This document shows positions 36,650-48,145 of a stretch of 60,500 nt of DNA, in pieces. The notes beneath the pieces are model-generated. The model did not search any database. It had not been told where the DNA came from and saw only the letters and a program-made list of their open reading frames with translations. A program made the translations under genes and the position numbers. The DNA is from Ionaspis alba (Eukaryota), in assembly GCA_964255285.1 (NCBI GenBank), contig CAXUUL010000025.1, positions 1 through 60,500 of the forward strand, read 5' to 3'. Positions within the stretch are counted from its first letter, which is position 1, and each line of letters opens with the position of its first letter.

Positions 36650-37900
36650 TCATGGAATGAGGCCGCTCTGATCCACGTGTTCTTCTTGTATGTTATCCCC
36701 TATCCATCGCACTTTCCGTACTAGAAGATGCACATACATGCCTGTGCGATGAATATCCTCCAGTGCTTGGCGTATAGGATGCTGTTCGTCCAGTACCGAG
36801 ACCTCACTTCTCGGAATATACTCATAAACAGCAACTTCCAGAGATCTAAGGTTCGTACAGCGAAGCGCCATCTCGCGGAGGTATTGGGCTGGTTTGCCCG
36901 ATTGGCTGGGCAAGACCATTCTCAGAGCAAGGTACTGGACACTGCGAGGGATATTGGCTAGCCGTGTATCGAATTTGCCAATCTGAATCTCAAGATAGAT
37001 AAGATTGGGAGTGTGAGGCGGGCAATCGTGGCTATCATTGACTGCTTTTTCGAACCTTCTTGCGCTGAGACCGGGTATACTAGTGACTTTCAGCTGGAGA
37101 CGGCCTTCCACACTGAGGCCTGCGTCACCGGTTACTTTCTCCCTTATGGGCACAATTGGTTTGTTTTGCGATGAAGAGAATGATTCGTGGGAAAACCTCG
37201 CTTGCCAGTTCCATCTTGATGCAAAATATGGTCCTCTCTGGAAAGGCATGCCCAGCTGTAGACCTTCAAGACTGCTCAGATCGGTTTCGCCCCCAGTGAC
37301 TGTAGTCAATTCATTACCATTGATCCGCAATGATCTCAGATTTGGTATATGGTTAACGATGGCAAGATTGAAAGATCTGCCATCCATGGAGCTAAGCTGC
37401 TGGAGGTTTCTCAGTCCCCGGATGGCAGCGGTGAATGAAGGCGAGACATTTGGATCGAAGCCCAATGTTGACCAGTCTGGGCCACATGGCTCCTGGTAGA
37501 ACCTCAAGTCCTGCACATTCGGAATAAAACTGAGGATCTTGGCCCATGTCTCGAAGGCAATCTCGCGTCCCCATACCCCTATGTCCATAGAACGCCATGA
37601 TAATCTTAGACATATTCGACGGATCAGTTTGCTATGAAGGTTGCCAATGGTTCGCAGCCATTCCAAAGTTGTATGAGGTGCACTGAATTGGAAGAGAGGT
37701 TGTCCATACAAGTGAGGAGATAGCTCATCATGTATCTGTGCGCAAGTCGACAGAAGCTTGAACGGAGAATGCTTCAAAGATGATTCACGAGTATTGAAAC
37801 GGATCTCGCCATCAAAATTGATACCCATGTGGTCCGTAGTAATACATTCGGACCAGATGATGTCTCTGATCTCCCGGGGAAGATCGAGCAAGCCTACCAT
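36650..37900 (-). CDS. Hypothetical F-box-like/LRR-like protein
   Basis: Intronless 416 aa; GLLDLPREIRDIIW, LLSTCAQIHDE..LY..F.F, WLRTIG pattern; LRNLQQL, IPNLRSLRI, CTNLRSLEV repeats. Confidence 0.55.
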   Translation of the reverse strand: MVGLLDLPREIRDIIWSECITTDHMGINFDGEIRFNTRESSLKHSPFKLLSTCAQIHDELSPHLYGQPLFQFSAPHTTLEWLRTIGNLHSKLIRRICLRLSWRSMDIGVWGREIAFETWAKILSFIPNVQDLRFYQEPCGPDWSTLGFDPNVSPSFTAAIRGLRNLQQLSSMDGRSFNLAIVNHIPNLRSLRINGNELTTVTGGETDLSSLEGLQLGMPFQRGPYFASRWNWQARFSHESFSSSQNKPIVPIREKVTGDAGLSVEGRLQLKVTSIPGLSARRFEKAVNDSHDCPPHTPNLIYLEIQIGKFDTRLANIPRSVQYLALRMVLPSQSGKPAQYLREMALRCTNLRSLEVAVYEYIPRSEVSVLDEQHPIRQALEDIHRTGMYVHLLVRKVRWIGDNIQEEHVDQSGLIP

Positions 37901-38374
37901 CGGAACTTACGAGACGTAATCCGTGAAGGGTTGAAACAGTGCATCGGCCACGATCTCTTACAAGTACGGTTGAGCATGACCGCGTGAAAATAGATAGAGC
38001 GCTAGTGAAAGTCCAATAGCCGACGATCAGGAACTTCTCTCACCGACTGTAGTTAGTGATTCTTAAGAAATCTTTTCGTCCTTCTTCATGGGTACGCACG
38101 GAGGTCCTCATAGCTATACCTATGCTGGATCGTGGTGCAATTTCACTGAAGTCACAGATCATGTCTGTTCTTCGGCACTCTTGGAGTCGTTCATATAGGT
38201 AGACAGAACTGTACCATTGCGCTCATCTACCAAAAACGCACTATCTTCAATCTTAGGGGCCATGACACCGCATCCCAAAGGCATTAGGCTCCGCTGCCCC
38301 TGAGTCAAAACTCTCCCAATCCCAAAGTCCCAAGTAGCAGTATCAGACGTCGTTGGCCTACCTAAAGCCCACAA

Positions 38375-39560
38375 TCACGGCCTCTTCCTAAGCACCCTTC
38401 GACCAGCAGGAGGATCAACCTTCGCCGAAGCTACCTTCTTCCCTGCCGCACTGACTGCAGCAACTTTGGTTTTCGCAGAAGCCGCAGCCGCAGCCGCTCC
38501 TCGCGCTGTCTTCTTCACAACAGTTGTGCCCGTCGACGTACCGGATGCATTGCTACTACTACTGACGGTCCTACTGTCCGGTGGATTAGGAGCGTTCGCA
38601 TTACCACGCTTTGCACGAGTGACGGCTGCTTTTGTCGGTGCGACCGGTTTCGAGGCTTTCCGTGTGGTGCTGGGTGCAGCCCTTCCAGGCTTGAGCTTTT
38701 CACCAACCATACTGGCCAGGGAACTCGTCGCGGCGACAGCGGCTGCCTTTGCTGGCGAAGGTGGCTTGACCGGTGATACCGGCTTCAATGGCGAAACTGG
38801 GCGCGCAAGATATGATTTTTGTGGAGAGGCGAGCATAGGTCGGATAGGAGAGTGTGGTAAAGTGCGCGAATTCGAAGATTTCGGAGATAGTACGCTTGAT
38901 GGGTTCGTTACTTGTCGACTTACACCTCCTGGAGCTGTTTTCGTGCGCTTCTTGGGGTTCGGGATAGGTTGGCTAGGGTCGGGTGTGTTCTCTTTGTCGA
39001 CTTCGATCTCATCGCTGATTTTGATGTCAGTGATGTTTAGTTTCCAGGCCTCGTATTCCGGACAACGTACCTGACTCGCTTTACACCTCGAGGCTGTGCA
39101 GGATGTGTCGGCTTCACTATCTTTAGGTGCTCGACATGGACCTTCTTTGCTACAGGTTTAACAGTCGCTGACTTCTTGACATGAAGCGGGGCGGCTGTCT
39201 CTTCCTTCTCCTTCTTCAGATTTTCCGCGTACTTAGAAAGAAGCTCCCCCATGGTAGCTTTCCTCAAGGACGTCGGTATTCGATTGACACGTAGTTCAAC
39301 TCGTGTACGTAGGCTTTGAGCCTGTAATGCATATTGTGCACGTAGCTTTCGTGCACGTTCGGTGACTTGTAGATTTAGTATTTGACTATGAGGGAAATAA
39401 ATATGAAACCCATACTTTCGAGCTGTAAGTTGTTGATCAAGGCCTGCTTCTGGCCTTGAGTAATCATCATGCGCGGTTTTTTTACTGTGCTCTGTTCTGG
39501 TGTTCTAACTGGTGACCGAGCGGCAGAAGATTTGCGCTCCGTACCGCGTAGAGGTGCCAT
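38375..39560 (-). CDS. Borealin/Nbl1 N-terminal domain protein (chromosomal passenger complex)
   Basis: QKQALINNLQLE|ITERARKLRAQYALQAQSLRTRVELRVNRIPTSLRKATMGELL; KEN motif and SP-rich tail; two introns. Confidence 0.8.
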
Positions 39561-39871
39561 GACGCGTTGGGATTCTTGTTATACAGCGTCCGATTTAGGT
39601 GGATTCGTCAAGAGATGCTGGACCAGGAAAGTTGTAGTTGGGTTTGTTTACTTCGAACTTGCGCAGTTTGCATAAGCCTTCGATATGCTAGTGCCTCTTG
39701 CATAAAAGTGCATAACGCCTCGAGCTCCAAGCACAAGCTACAAGTTAAGAATACCTCAGTGACAGTTAAACCTCCATCATCATCCACTATTTCTGCACGC
39801 TATCACTCCGCACCGAGGTCGTTGTTCTATACTCATTTAACATTTTACTATCAGCTTCTTCCTTCACAAGG

Positions 39872-40957
39872 ATGGTACTGGAAGCCACCATGATAGTGTG
39901 AGTTGAGCTCTTCGTAGAACAATCAGAAATGGAGCTTACACTTCATAGGGTGGATAATAGTGAGAGCAGTAGGAATAGCGACTATGTGTGAGGGCTACCA
40001 TACGTCTTTTGCAGTCTATACGGCTGATCTTTACGCCAGACCCTCGAGATGGGAAGCCCAGTCAGATGCCGTCAACAGAATATTCTCCTCCAAAACATCC
40101 GACAACCCAGAATCCTCAGTTGGTTTAATGAGTATGGGTGGAAAAGGTCCGGAGATGCTAGTCACATTGACAACGGACTTTGGCAAGGTTTTGGAGGGGA
40201 TGCACAGGACGAAGATTCGAGGCACTACACATCTAGCTACTGGCATACAAATCGCAGGTGTAGGTCGGAACTTATGACTTGAAACTACTTATGCTTGGTC
40301 ACTGAATCTGGCCTTTCTCAGCTCGCTCTCAAACACCGACAAAACAAGTCCCAAAAACAACGGGTCATTGTCTTTACATGCTCCCCAATACACGAAGGCG
40401 AGGCGGAACTGATCAAGCTGGCCAAGAAAATGAAGAAGAACGGTGTCTCCGTGGACTTTGTTGCGTTCGGTGATCTAGACCCAGACAATACAAAGAAACT
40501 CGAAGTCTTCCAGGAAAATGTTAATTCGGGCGAAGGATCACATCTAGCTATCTTCCCACCAGGCCCTCATCTACTCAGCGAGCAGCTACGACAGACTCCA
40601 ATACTGGGTAATGATGGCTCGGCAGCAAGGGACGCAGACGGCGGAGTTGGCGGAGGTGGCGATGCGGGAGGTGGCGACGCTTTCGAATTCGGAGTCGATC
40701 CAAGCACAGATCCGGAACTAGCTTTGGCGCTGAGGATGAGTATGGAAGAGGAGAAGGCGAGGCAAGACAAGGAGGCGAAGGCGAAGAGTGATGCCGCGAA
40801 GGAGTCAGGCTTAGAGGGTATTCCGGAGGAGGGTGGGGAGAACCAGCCTCTACTGGATCAGAACGGGGAGGCTAGTGGGAGTGGTAGTGCTCCTGCGGCC
40901 GAGGAGAAGAAGGATAAGGACAAGGACGACGATGCGGAGAAGATGGATACGGCATGA
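39872..40957 (+). CDS. RPN10: 26S proteasome ubiquitin receptor Rpn10
   Basis: MVLEATMIV|VDNSESSRNSDY|..RWEAQSDAV..NPESSVGLMSM..|LALKHRQNKSQ; UIM DPELALALRMSMEEE. Confidence 0.97.
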
Positions 40958-41067
40958 TCTCTTAGCATAGCAATGGCGTTGGCAACTAGACTTGCATGGA
41001 AATCACTGTATCATGCACGTTGCCCAAGGTTCTAGAGAATTCTGTTCCTCGTCGTTATGTCCCTGCT

Positions 41068-41372
41068 GGGCTAGATAATCCCCCCTCTCCCAGTGTTCAG
41101 TAAAGATAAAATGAAGTCTCGGAGGTCTCTCTTGAGGCTGGAAGAGGGTTAGGGAGAGCACCACCCCAATAGAGAGGAAAATGATCCTCGTCATGATATA
41201 TATCAGGGCCAGATAGTTCCCTTTCTTCCGTTGTTCAATAAAATTAAAATGAGGTCTCAGAAGTCTCCCCCGAGGCTGGAGGAAATTCAGGGAAGGCACG
41301 TCCCCAATAGATAGAAATCTGATCCCCTTCATCATGTCTATCGGGGCCAGATAGTCCTCTCTCCTCAATGTT
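41068..41372. repeat. Degenerate tandem repeat, 138-bp unit, about 2.2 copies
   Basis: GGGCYAGATA recurs at 41068, 41206 and 41344; shared blocks TAAAATGARGTCTC, GAGGCTGGA, CCCCAATAGA, TGATCC. Confidence 0.85.
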
Positions 41373-41743
41373 TCCTATCCCTTGCCGGACGTCAACTATG
41401 CCGACCGCCAATCTTTACAATGGAAGCATTTTGTCCTTTCAATGACTGCAATTGATCAAATGCTTGAAATCAGGATATAACACAGGAAAGAAGAACCGAA
41501 AATTTCATTATACTCTTGGGACCAGCCAGGCGTGAACAGTAAGAATTAGTGAATAGATTGAGACGTGAATGAGAAGAAGTCGTTCACGACCCCAAAACGG
41601 GCCGAGATATTTTCCGGCCGCCATGCATTCCGTTCCTGAGGATTACATATAACGGCCTCACAATCGCGGAGCCACGGCGTCACTTAGTGGCTCAGGTAGT
41701 CGAACAATAGCCAAAACTTTGCAATCTTTGAGCAAACTCCATC

Positions 41744-42378
41744 ATGGCGGCCTCAGCGCCGACCTCGCGCACTCGGGAGCAGCCAACGGGCGATGAAGAA
41801 GCCACCGCAAGCCTCAAGCTAGGAGAGTTTCAGGATGTGCCTACTCTGACCATGTCCGAGGCAAGATTGCTCATAAACGCAGTGATGGACCATCGTCAAA
41901 AGTCGAGGAAGGTCGAGGAAACAGAGTAAGAAATCCTCCTGGTTTGGACTGGGATATAGATGAAGGGGGGCCTGCAGAGGCAGTGTCGCAGGGACACTCT
42001 GGTGGGCCAGATCTAGACACAGAGACCTCTAGGCTGATCTTCTGGTACGACAGAACTCTCATCAAGACCCAAGATTACCTGGAGGTCTTTGCACGGTTTA
42101 AGCAAAAGGAGAACATTGAGGCTGTGGAGAGGATGCTCGCCGCTCACGACCAGCTAGAGCGATTCGAAAGATCACAGCTTGGTAGGCTCATCTCACCCTA
42201 CTCTACAAGCTTAGGGCTAGGGGCTGACGGAAATGACCGTCAAGGGAGCTTGTGTTGTGGAAGTGCCGAAGAAGCAAAGATGCTAATACCCAGTCTGACG
42301 AACAAGATCAGTGATGCGGATTTGCAGGAACTGTGTACCGAGATCACCAAGTTAAGGAGCTTGGAATTTGTGGAATGA
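41744..42378 (+). CDS. RPB4: RNA polymerase II subunit Rpb4
   Basis: EEATASLKLGEFQDVPTLTMSEARLLI; TLIKTQDYLEVFARFK; FERSQLG|SLCCGSAEEAKMLIPSL; introns 41926-42053 and 42182-42244. Confidence 0.95.
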
Positions 42379-42931
42379 AATCGAGTTCGAAGCATAGGAT
42401 GAACGAGACTCTGAATATCAAGCTCTACGGGCGATGTCGTTGAGCAGATCGATGCATGTCCAATAGTGCTCATGCACAGTATTCGGGGTACAGGCCGAAA
42501 ACCAAGGCAGATAGAGGCTGTGGTGCGCCCTACTGACGCAGTCGATCGAGTATGGGACCTTCTAGGCATACTACTTTTCGTGTACGGGACGCGTCTCGCT
42601 GCATCCGCTGGCTGCTGTTGGTGTTTGCCGTCTGACCAAGGGGAAAGAGGATGGCAAGATAGTATAGACTGTGATCGAAACCTCCAGGATACCTATCCTC
42701 ATACCATGATGCAGGATTCCTGGTCCATGATGTACGTTGTGGCATTTTGAACCGTAGAAATTACATTTCGTGACAGTACGAGTAATACGCGGCATCACTG
42801 GGACCCGCCGCAGTATCCTATGTGCTTTCTCACAACACCAGAATAGAGTCATGTTGGGACCTGGAGCCTATGAGCTACCATGACGGAGAAGTTACGGCAA
42901 CCATAAATTCTTCTTGGTTTACAGAGCTACA

Positions 42932-43481
42932 ATGTACAACTCCTCCGCTTCTCCACCTACTCGTCCAGACCACTAATTTCCATTACCAGGGTTGTCTATT
43001 GCCTGATCATCATCAACAAAGCCGGCGGCCTCGTCTACCAGCGTGACTTTCACGATGGTCTAAACAAACTCTCCGTAAACGATTACCTAGTCCTCGCAGG
43101 GACATTCCACGGGCACGTTTCCCCCCCATGCCGGCGTCCCACACAGCCCTCAAGATTCCTGGCTAACCTCTTCCCAGAGTGCACGCAATAACTCGCTCCC
43201 TCACACCTTCCCCTCTGACTGCCACACTCCCTCGCGCTTCCCTCACTGGCATCGAAGTCCTCGAAAGCGGACTCTTCCGACTCAGCTGCTTCCAGACAGT
43301 TTCAGGGACCAAGTTCTTGCTCTTTACAGAACCCCAGCAGCCGAATGTGGATGTAATAATGCGAAAGATCTACGAGCTGTATGCGGACTATGTGATGAAG
43401 AATCCCTTCTACCAGCTGGAGATGCCGATTAGGTGTGAGGCGTTTGAGAGGAGGGTGGGTGCTTATGTGAGGGCGAGATGA
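42932..43481 (+). CDS. TRS23: TRAPP complex subunit Trs23 (sybindin family)
   Basis: MVVYCLIIINKAGGLVYQR..NDYLVLAGTFHG|VHAI..CFQTVSGTKF..YELYADYVMKNPFYQLEMPIRCEAF; introns 42934-42989 and 43113-43177. Confidence 0.93.
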
Positions 43482-44164
43482 GGAAGAGTAGCGCGGGAAG
43501 AAGGAGTGGATGAGAAGGCAGATTTCCGAGGTTTACGAAGGATTAAAAATCTTTGAGACGAGAGCTATCTGTGCCCAGCGTTCCGGCCGCTTCTCGATTT
43601 CGAACCAGACCAACAATAATATCGAGTTGGGGATATCACCAGCTCGCTATAAGAAACGCGAGTAGCGCTCAAGAAGTCGTTGGCGATTGAACGAGAGACC
43701 ACACATTGACTTTGTAAGGCTATCAAGGTTTATATCGACGAAAGACGACGACGAATGGATACCCTAGACTTACAGGATGGGTTAGATATCTGTAAAAGGG
43801 GAAGCTAGTCCTCCTATAGACCTCAGGAAGCGGCCTCATCAGTAAGAATGACAGCAAACATAGATAGGTGATGCTCCTAATTTGCAGCTCTATCTATGCT
43901 ACCCTCGTAATAGCAAGCTCGCATGCAAGCCTCAAATGATTCTGATTCAGAGAAAAGCAGGCTCCTGTAAGCCGCCATAATACCAGCCATCAAGTTTCAA
44001 AACCGAGATCTCAGCCCAAATGGCAAATAGTGCACAAGCTCCCCTTTTTTCTCGCCTCAAGCCCCAATGCATGGTTCCCAAATCCCAGCCACATCTCCGA
44101 AATAAAACATCATGAAGAAGAAACACCATTCCATCAGGTGCAGAATCAAAGACACTTCAGAAAT

Positions 44165-47161
44165 CTAGTAATTGAGCTCACCGCCCGCAGCTCCACCCAC
44201 AGCATCGAGGTCTTCGTAACTCTTCAAACTCCTTCCTTGCACAGCCTCTCGAGGCCCGACGGTCTGCGCACCAGCGCCATCACCCCACTTGCCGCCGCCG
44301 GTGGCCATACGGCCCATCTGCATCATGTTCATGGGCATTCCACCCATCATGCCACGAGGGGGGCTTAGCCTGCCGTTGTTGCCAGCATAGCGTGGTTGAC
44401 GACGGTCGTAAGGTCCAGATCGCTGATTCTGAAAACGACCACCACCTCGGCGGATGGGACCAGCTTGGTGCATGCCGTTGTCATCAGGCATTATCGGCGC
44501 GCCACCGACCCATCCGGCCGGCATCTGAACAGGATGGTTGCCAAAGTTGGGGAAGCCAGGGAAACCAGCGGGAGGAACGAAGCCTGTGTTGAAGCCGTTC
44601 ATGGTAGGCATGTTTGAGAGATTGAAGCCACGAGGAGTACCGGCCTGCATGTTGTGGTTGTTTGTGGGGAAATGACCGTTACTGTTCGCGTCCGATCGGG
44701 AAGGGGCAATGTGTGAAGGATCGAGGACGTATGTGTTGACGAGGTTGAGCTGGAAGCAGTTAGTGGTATGTCGGAAAATCGAAAGGGAGATGGGCTTACG
44801 TCTTTCTTGATGTTTTCAAACCACTCCGGATGACGTTTCTCCACGTGCTTGCGCCAGAAGACTTCTCCTTTGAACAACTTGGTACACTCGGGCACCTTGC
44901 ACCTGAACTTCGCCTCGTCCTCCTGCTTCACGAACTTCTTCAGCTCCTCGTCTAGACCCTCCTCGATCGGCGTACCACCAAGCTTCTTGACATCGACGTT
45001 TTCAGGCTCGAGGATCTGCAAAATCTTTTCTTCGAACGTCTTGACCCAATTAAAGGCTCGCTGGAGTTGTTGGTCGTTCTTCGAGCCGGTTCGGTGCTGG
45101 AACTTCTTCTCCTCCGTTGGGGACGTGACTTGCATTTCCTCAGCATTAGACTCTCTGCGTTTGAAAGGGAAGGGCTGTCCGTAAGCGCTGGCCTTGGCTG
45201 CAGCTTTGGCTGCGGTACTCAAGCTAGCTCTTGGGCGACGTAGATGACCACCTGGACATTTCCTGATGAGTTCGTGAATTGAGTCGCTTTCAAAGACGCA
45301 GAAGAAGCAGAAATTGTAGACACGACGAAGGTACTCGACGAGGAGATCGAGGTTTTTCTTTTTGACCAGCAGATCTTCATCATCAGTCTCCTCGTCATAT
45401 GCACCCTCATCTTCCTCGTCGTCTTCCTCCTCTTCATCATCTTGCTCGATGTCTTCCATTTCATCAGCATCCATGCCGAGGGCTTGTTGACCCTTTCGAG
45501 ACTTCTTCGTACTCGAAGATCCATTAGCAGAGCTCTGCAGCATGCCTCTGTTGCGAAGATTATCGACACGTTGTGAGACTTGGCCGACACCATCAGCACC
45601 TATCCCGGAATCCTCGTCGTACTTTGAGACGAGACGCTTGGCAAGCTCCAAATCTCTTTCGACTCGCTCTGCAGCCGAGAAGAGATCCCATAGAGCTTTC
45701 TTTCGAGGCTCTCTTGGTGGAACGTGAACCCCAACGTGGCATGTGAAGTCTCCACGAGATTCATCGTAGATGACCTTGCCGTTGATCGCATCCAGAGCTT
45801 TCTCGGCTGTCGAGAGTAGATTCCCTTTCGCCTCAGGTTCGGTTCCGTCCCCGAGCTCTTCATCCTCGTCACGACCGTCACTACGCTCCACAGAAGTGCC
45901 AACCTCCGGGCCAGGATGGAGCATAATCCAACCGATCCTGTGACATTTCTTCAGTGGATTAGGGTCGCTCAGACTGAGCCACTTGAAGCCTCCGTCCTGC
46001 TCGCCCAAGTGCTCCTTACAGAAGTCTTCAATCTTGATACGGCTGACAGTAGGTGCAAGCGTTTTGATGAGAAGAGCTGGATGTAGAGCAGACTCGTCAC
46101 GTATGTCTCCGCCACGACTTGGCACGAGATCTCCAACACCCAATACCTCGGCGGCTGCAACAGTCTCGCCCTCTTCTCGCTCAACGACACCCCCAGCGCC
46201 ATTGCTCTCAGTCTTGTAGATACCCTCAAGTGTGAACTCATCAAAGACACCAGATTCAACGTCATGTGCCCACTGTTGCAGAGCCCCACGTCTGAAGTCC
46301 ATCAGACGTTGGCGGAATGGCTCGCGGACCTCTGGCACATAACGCTCTTTGAACCACTCTTCCGCCTTGTGCTGTTGAACAAAAGTCTTGGCCATCTTAA
46401 CCTGAAGTTCCTCCTTGTAAAGGTCATATGCTTCCTGGATCTGCACTCTCTCCTTGTCTCGCTCTTCTCGTGAGTCTCCCTTGACGACTCGTTCGGATGG
46501 CCGACGTCCGCCATTTTTCTGGCGTTCCTTGTCTTCCTTGATTTGTTGCTCCATACGCCACCATTCTGCAAACCAGTTGAAGCCAACTTGAAAGTCGATG
46601 GTCAGGGGGTTTTGCAATGGATTGACTCGGATCGGTTGTACCGGAGTATCTTGCCCAGGAACATAGCGGTCGATGTTAGCTGGAGGGGGGGTGGGCGCTC
46701 GACGACGCTCCTCTCGATCACGAGAAGCAAAGTCACGAGAGTGAACGTAGAAATCGTCTCGTGGTTGTCGGTCGCTTGGTTGATAGCGATCGATCATGAC
46801 AGGGGAACGAGAACGAGGCCGAGAGCCTCGAGGAGCACCACGACGCTCTTGCATACCTAAGACGATCACGAATAAGCCACTGAAGCAAAGAATACTCAAT
46901 GAATGAGATTGTGCTTGGTATCGAGCAGTACTGTTGCAGACAACAATTATCGTGAAGATAATGCTAATCAGAACAGACAAGCTACCATCATATGAAGATT
47001 CCAAGTACACTTGAAGAAGAAGGGGAGTATTGTGATCGAAAAGCCTTACCAGGAGAGCGCCGTCGGTAGCTATCGACCTGGCGGTCTGGGATCTCATCGC
47101 GTGCCGTCCATCTAGGTTCGGCCTTGATAGAAGGCTCTCGGTAGACCTCGTAGGTATCCAT
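44165..47161 (-). CDS. ARS2: ARS2/SERRATE (Pir2-like) cap-binding-complex adaptor
   Basis: Exons 47161-47050, 46856-44800, 44749-44165; FVQQHKAEEWFKERY, LDLLVEYLRRVYNFCFFC, C2H2 FRCKVPECTKLFKGEVFWRKHVEKRH, terminal RSLKSYEDLD. Confidence 0.88.
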
Positions 47162-48045
47162 ATTGTAAGAGCGCAGGACTTGACGTCGAAAAAGCTTGAA
47201 TTGCGCTTTCGCTGGAGATCTGCTAGTTGAGGAGAGGGGAAATTCGTTAGGTAATTGCTGAGAAATGTAGCCACACGGGACTATCAAGAAGGCTATTTGT
47301 CGCCATCACAACGTTAGAGTAGGCTAAGATGGTAAGGTAGAGGGTAGAGGATCCGGCAATGGTATAAAGAACATAGAGAGAGGAGGGAGTGGGGGTAGCT
47401 GAACGGGGGAAAATAAAAACTATCAAGGCTAGCCTCCGACAAGAAGCCAGAGACAATGAAGGCGGGGAGGGTGATGGAGTAACAAGCTGCCAAGTCAAGC
47501 CGTGATAAAAGACTCACGTTTATTGTGGTGATCTCCCTTCCACAGATGCAATAATGCAGTCGTGCAGAGATGGAGATTGATGGTTGAAGTTGGAGCTCCA
47601 GCACCTGAGGTTGAGCCGCAGCAAAGTTCCTGCTAACCATGATAAGCGTAGCCCCAAACGCGCACGCGGCATAGCATAGGACGAGAGCAAGGAGGGAATA
47701 TGTCTTTCAACCACCAACACAGTCATAGTGTTAAGTGCTTCCATCTTATAGCTAATTCACCCGCGCAGATTTGCAAAGGGGTTTTCGACATTGAATTGAG
47801 TCTTGCTTACCTCTTCCGCTTCTATCCGACCTTCTAATAATACTTCCAAGGTGGTCTATCAATAAGGGTAAGTCTATCTGGTTCAGACGAGAATATTGCA
47901 ATCAAATGCAGCTTTGCAGTCGTGTGTGAAAAGAAGAGAGATTCTACGCACTTGAGGTTCTTCTTATGCACCTTCGCATCCTATCTTCGGAGCTCAGGCT
48001 CATTCACTATTCTGTGAATCACGGGCACTTCTGTTTGCTCTTCCA

Positions 48046-48145
48046 NNNNNNNNNNNNNNNNNNNNNNNNNNNNNNNNNNNNNNNNNNNNNNNNNNNNNNN
48101 NNNNNNNNNNNNNNNNNNNNNNNNNNNNNNNNNNNNNNNNNNNNN
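48046..48145. other. Assembly gap (hides TspO start)
   Basis: Run of N. Confidence 0.99.

Noticed and set aside
42400..42900. Scattered hairpins downstream of RPB4 as a possible snoRNA
   Set aside because: Stems are short and no coherent H/ACA or C/D layout could be built; probably 3'UTR or promoter.
46857..47274. N-terminal part of the 891-aa ORF-track ARS2 ORF
   Set aside because: Reads through intron 1 from a non-ATG start; the spliced model from ATG 47161 is more plausible.
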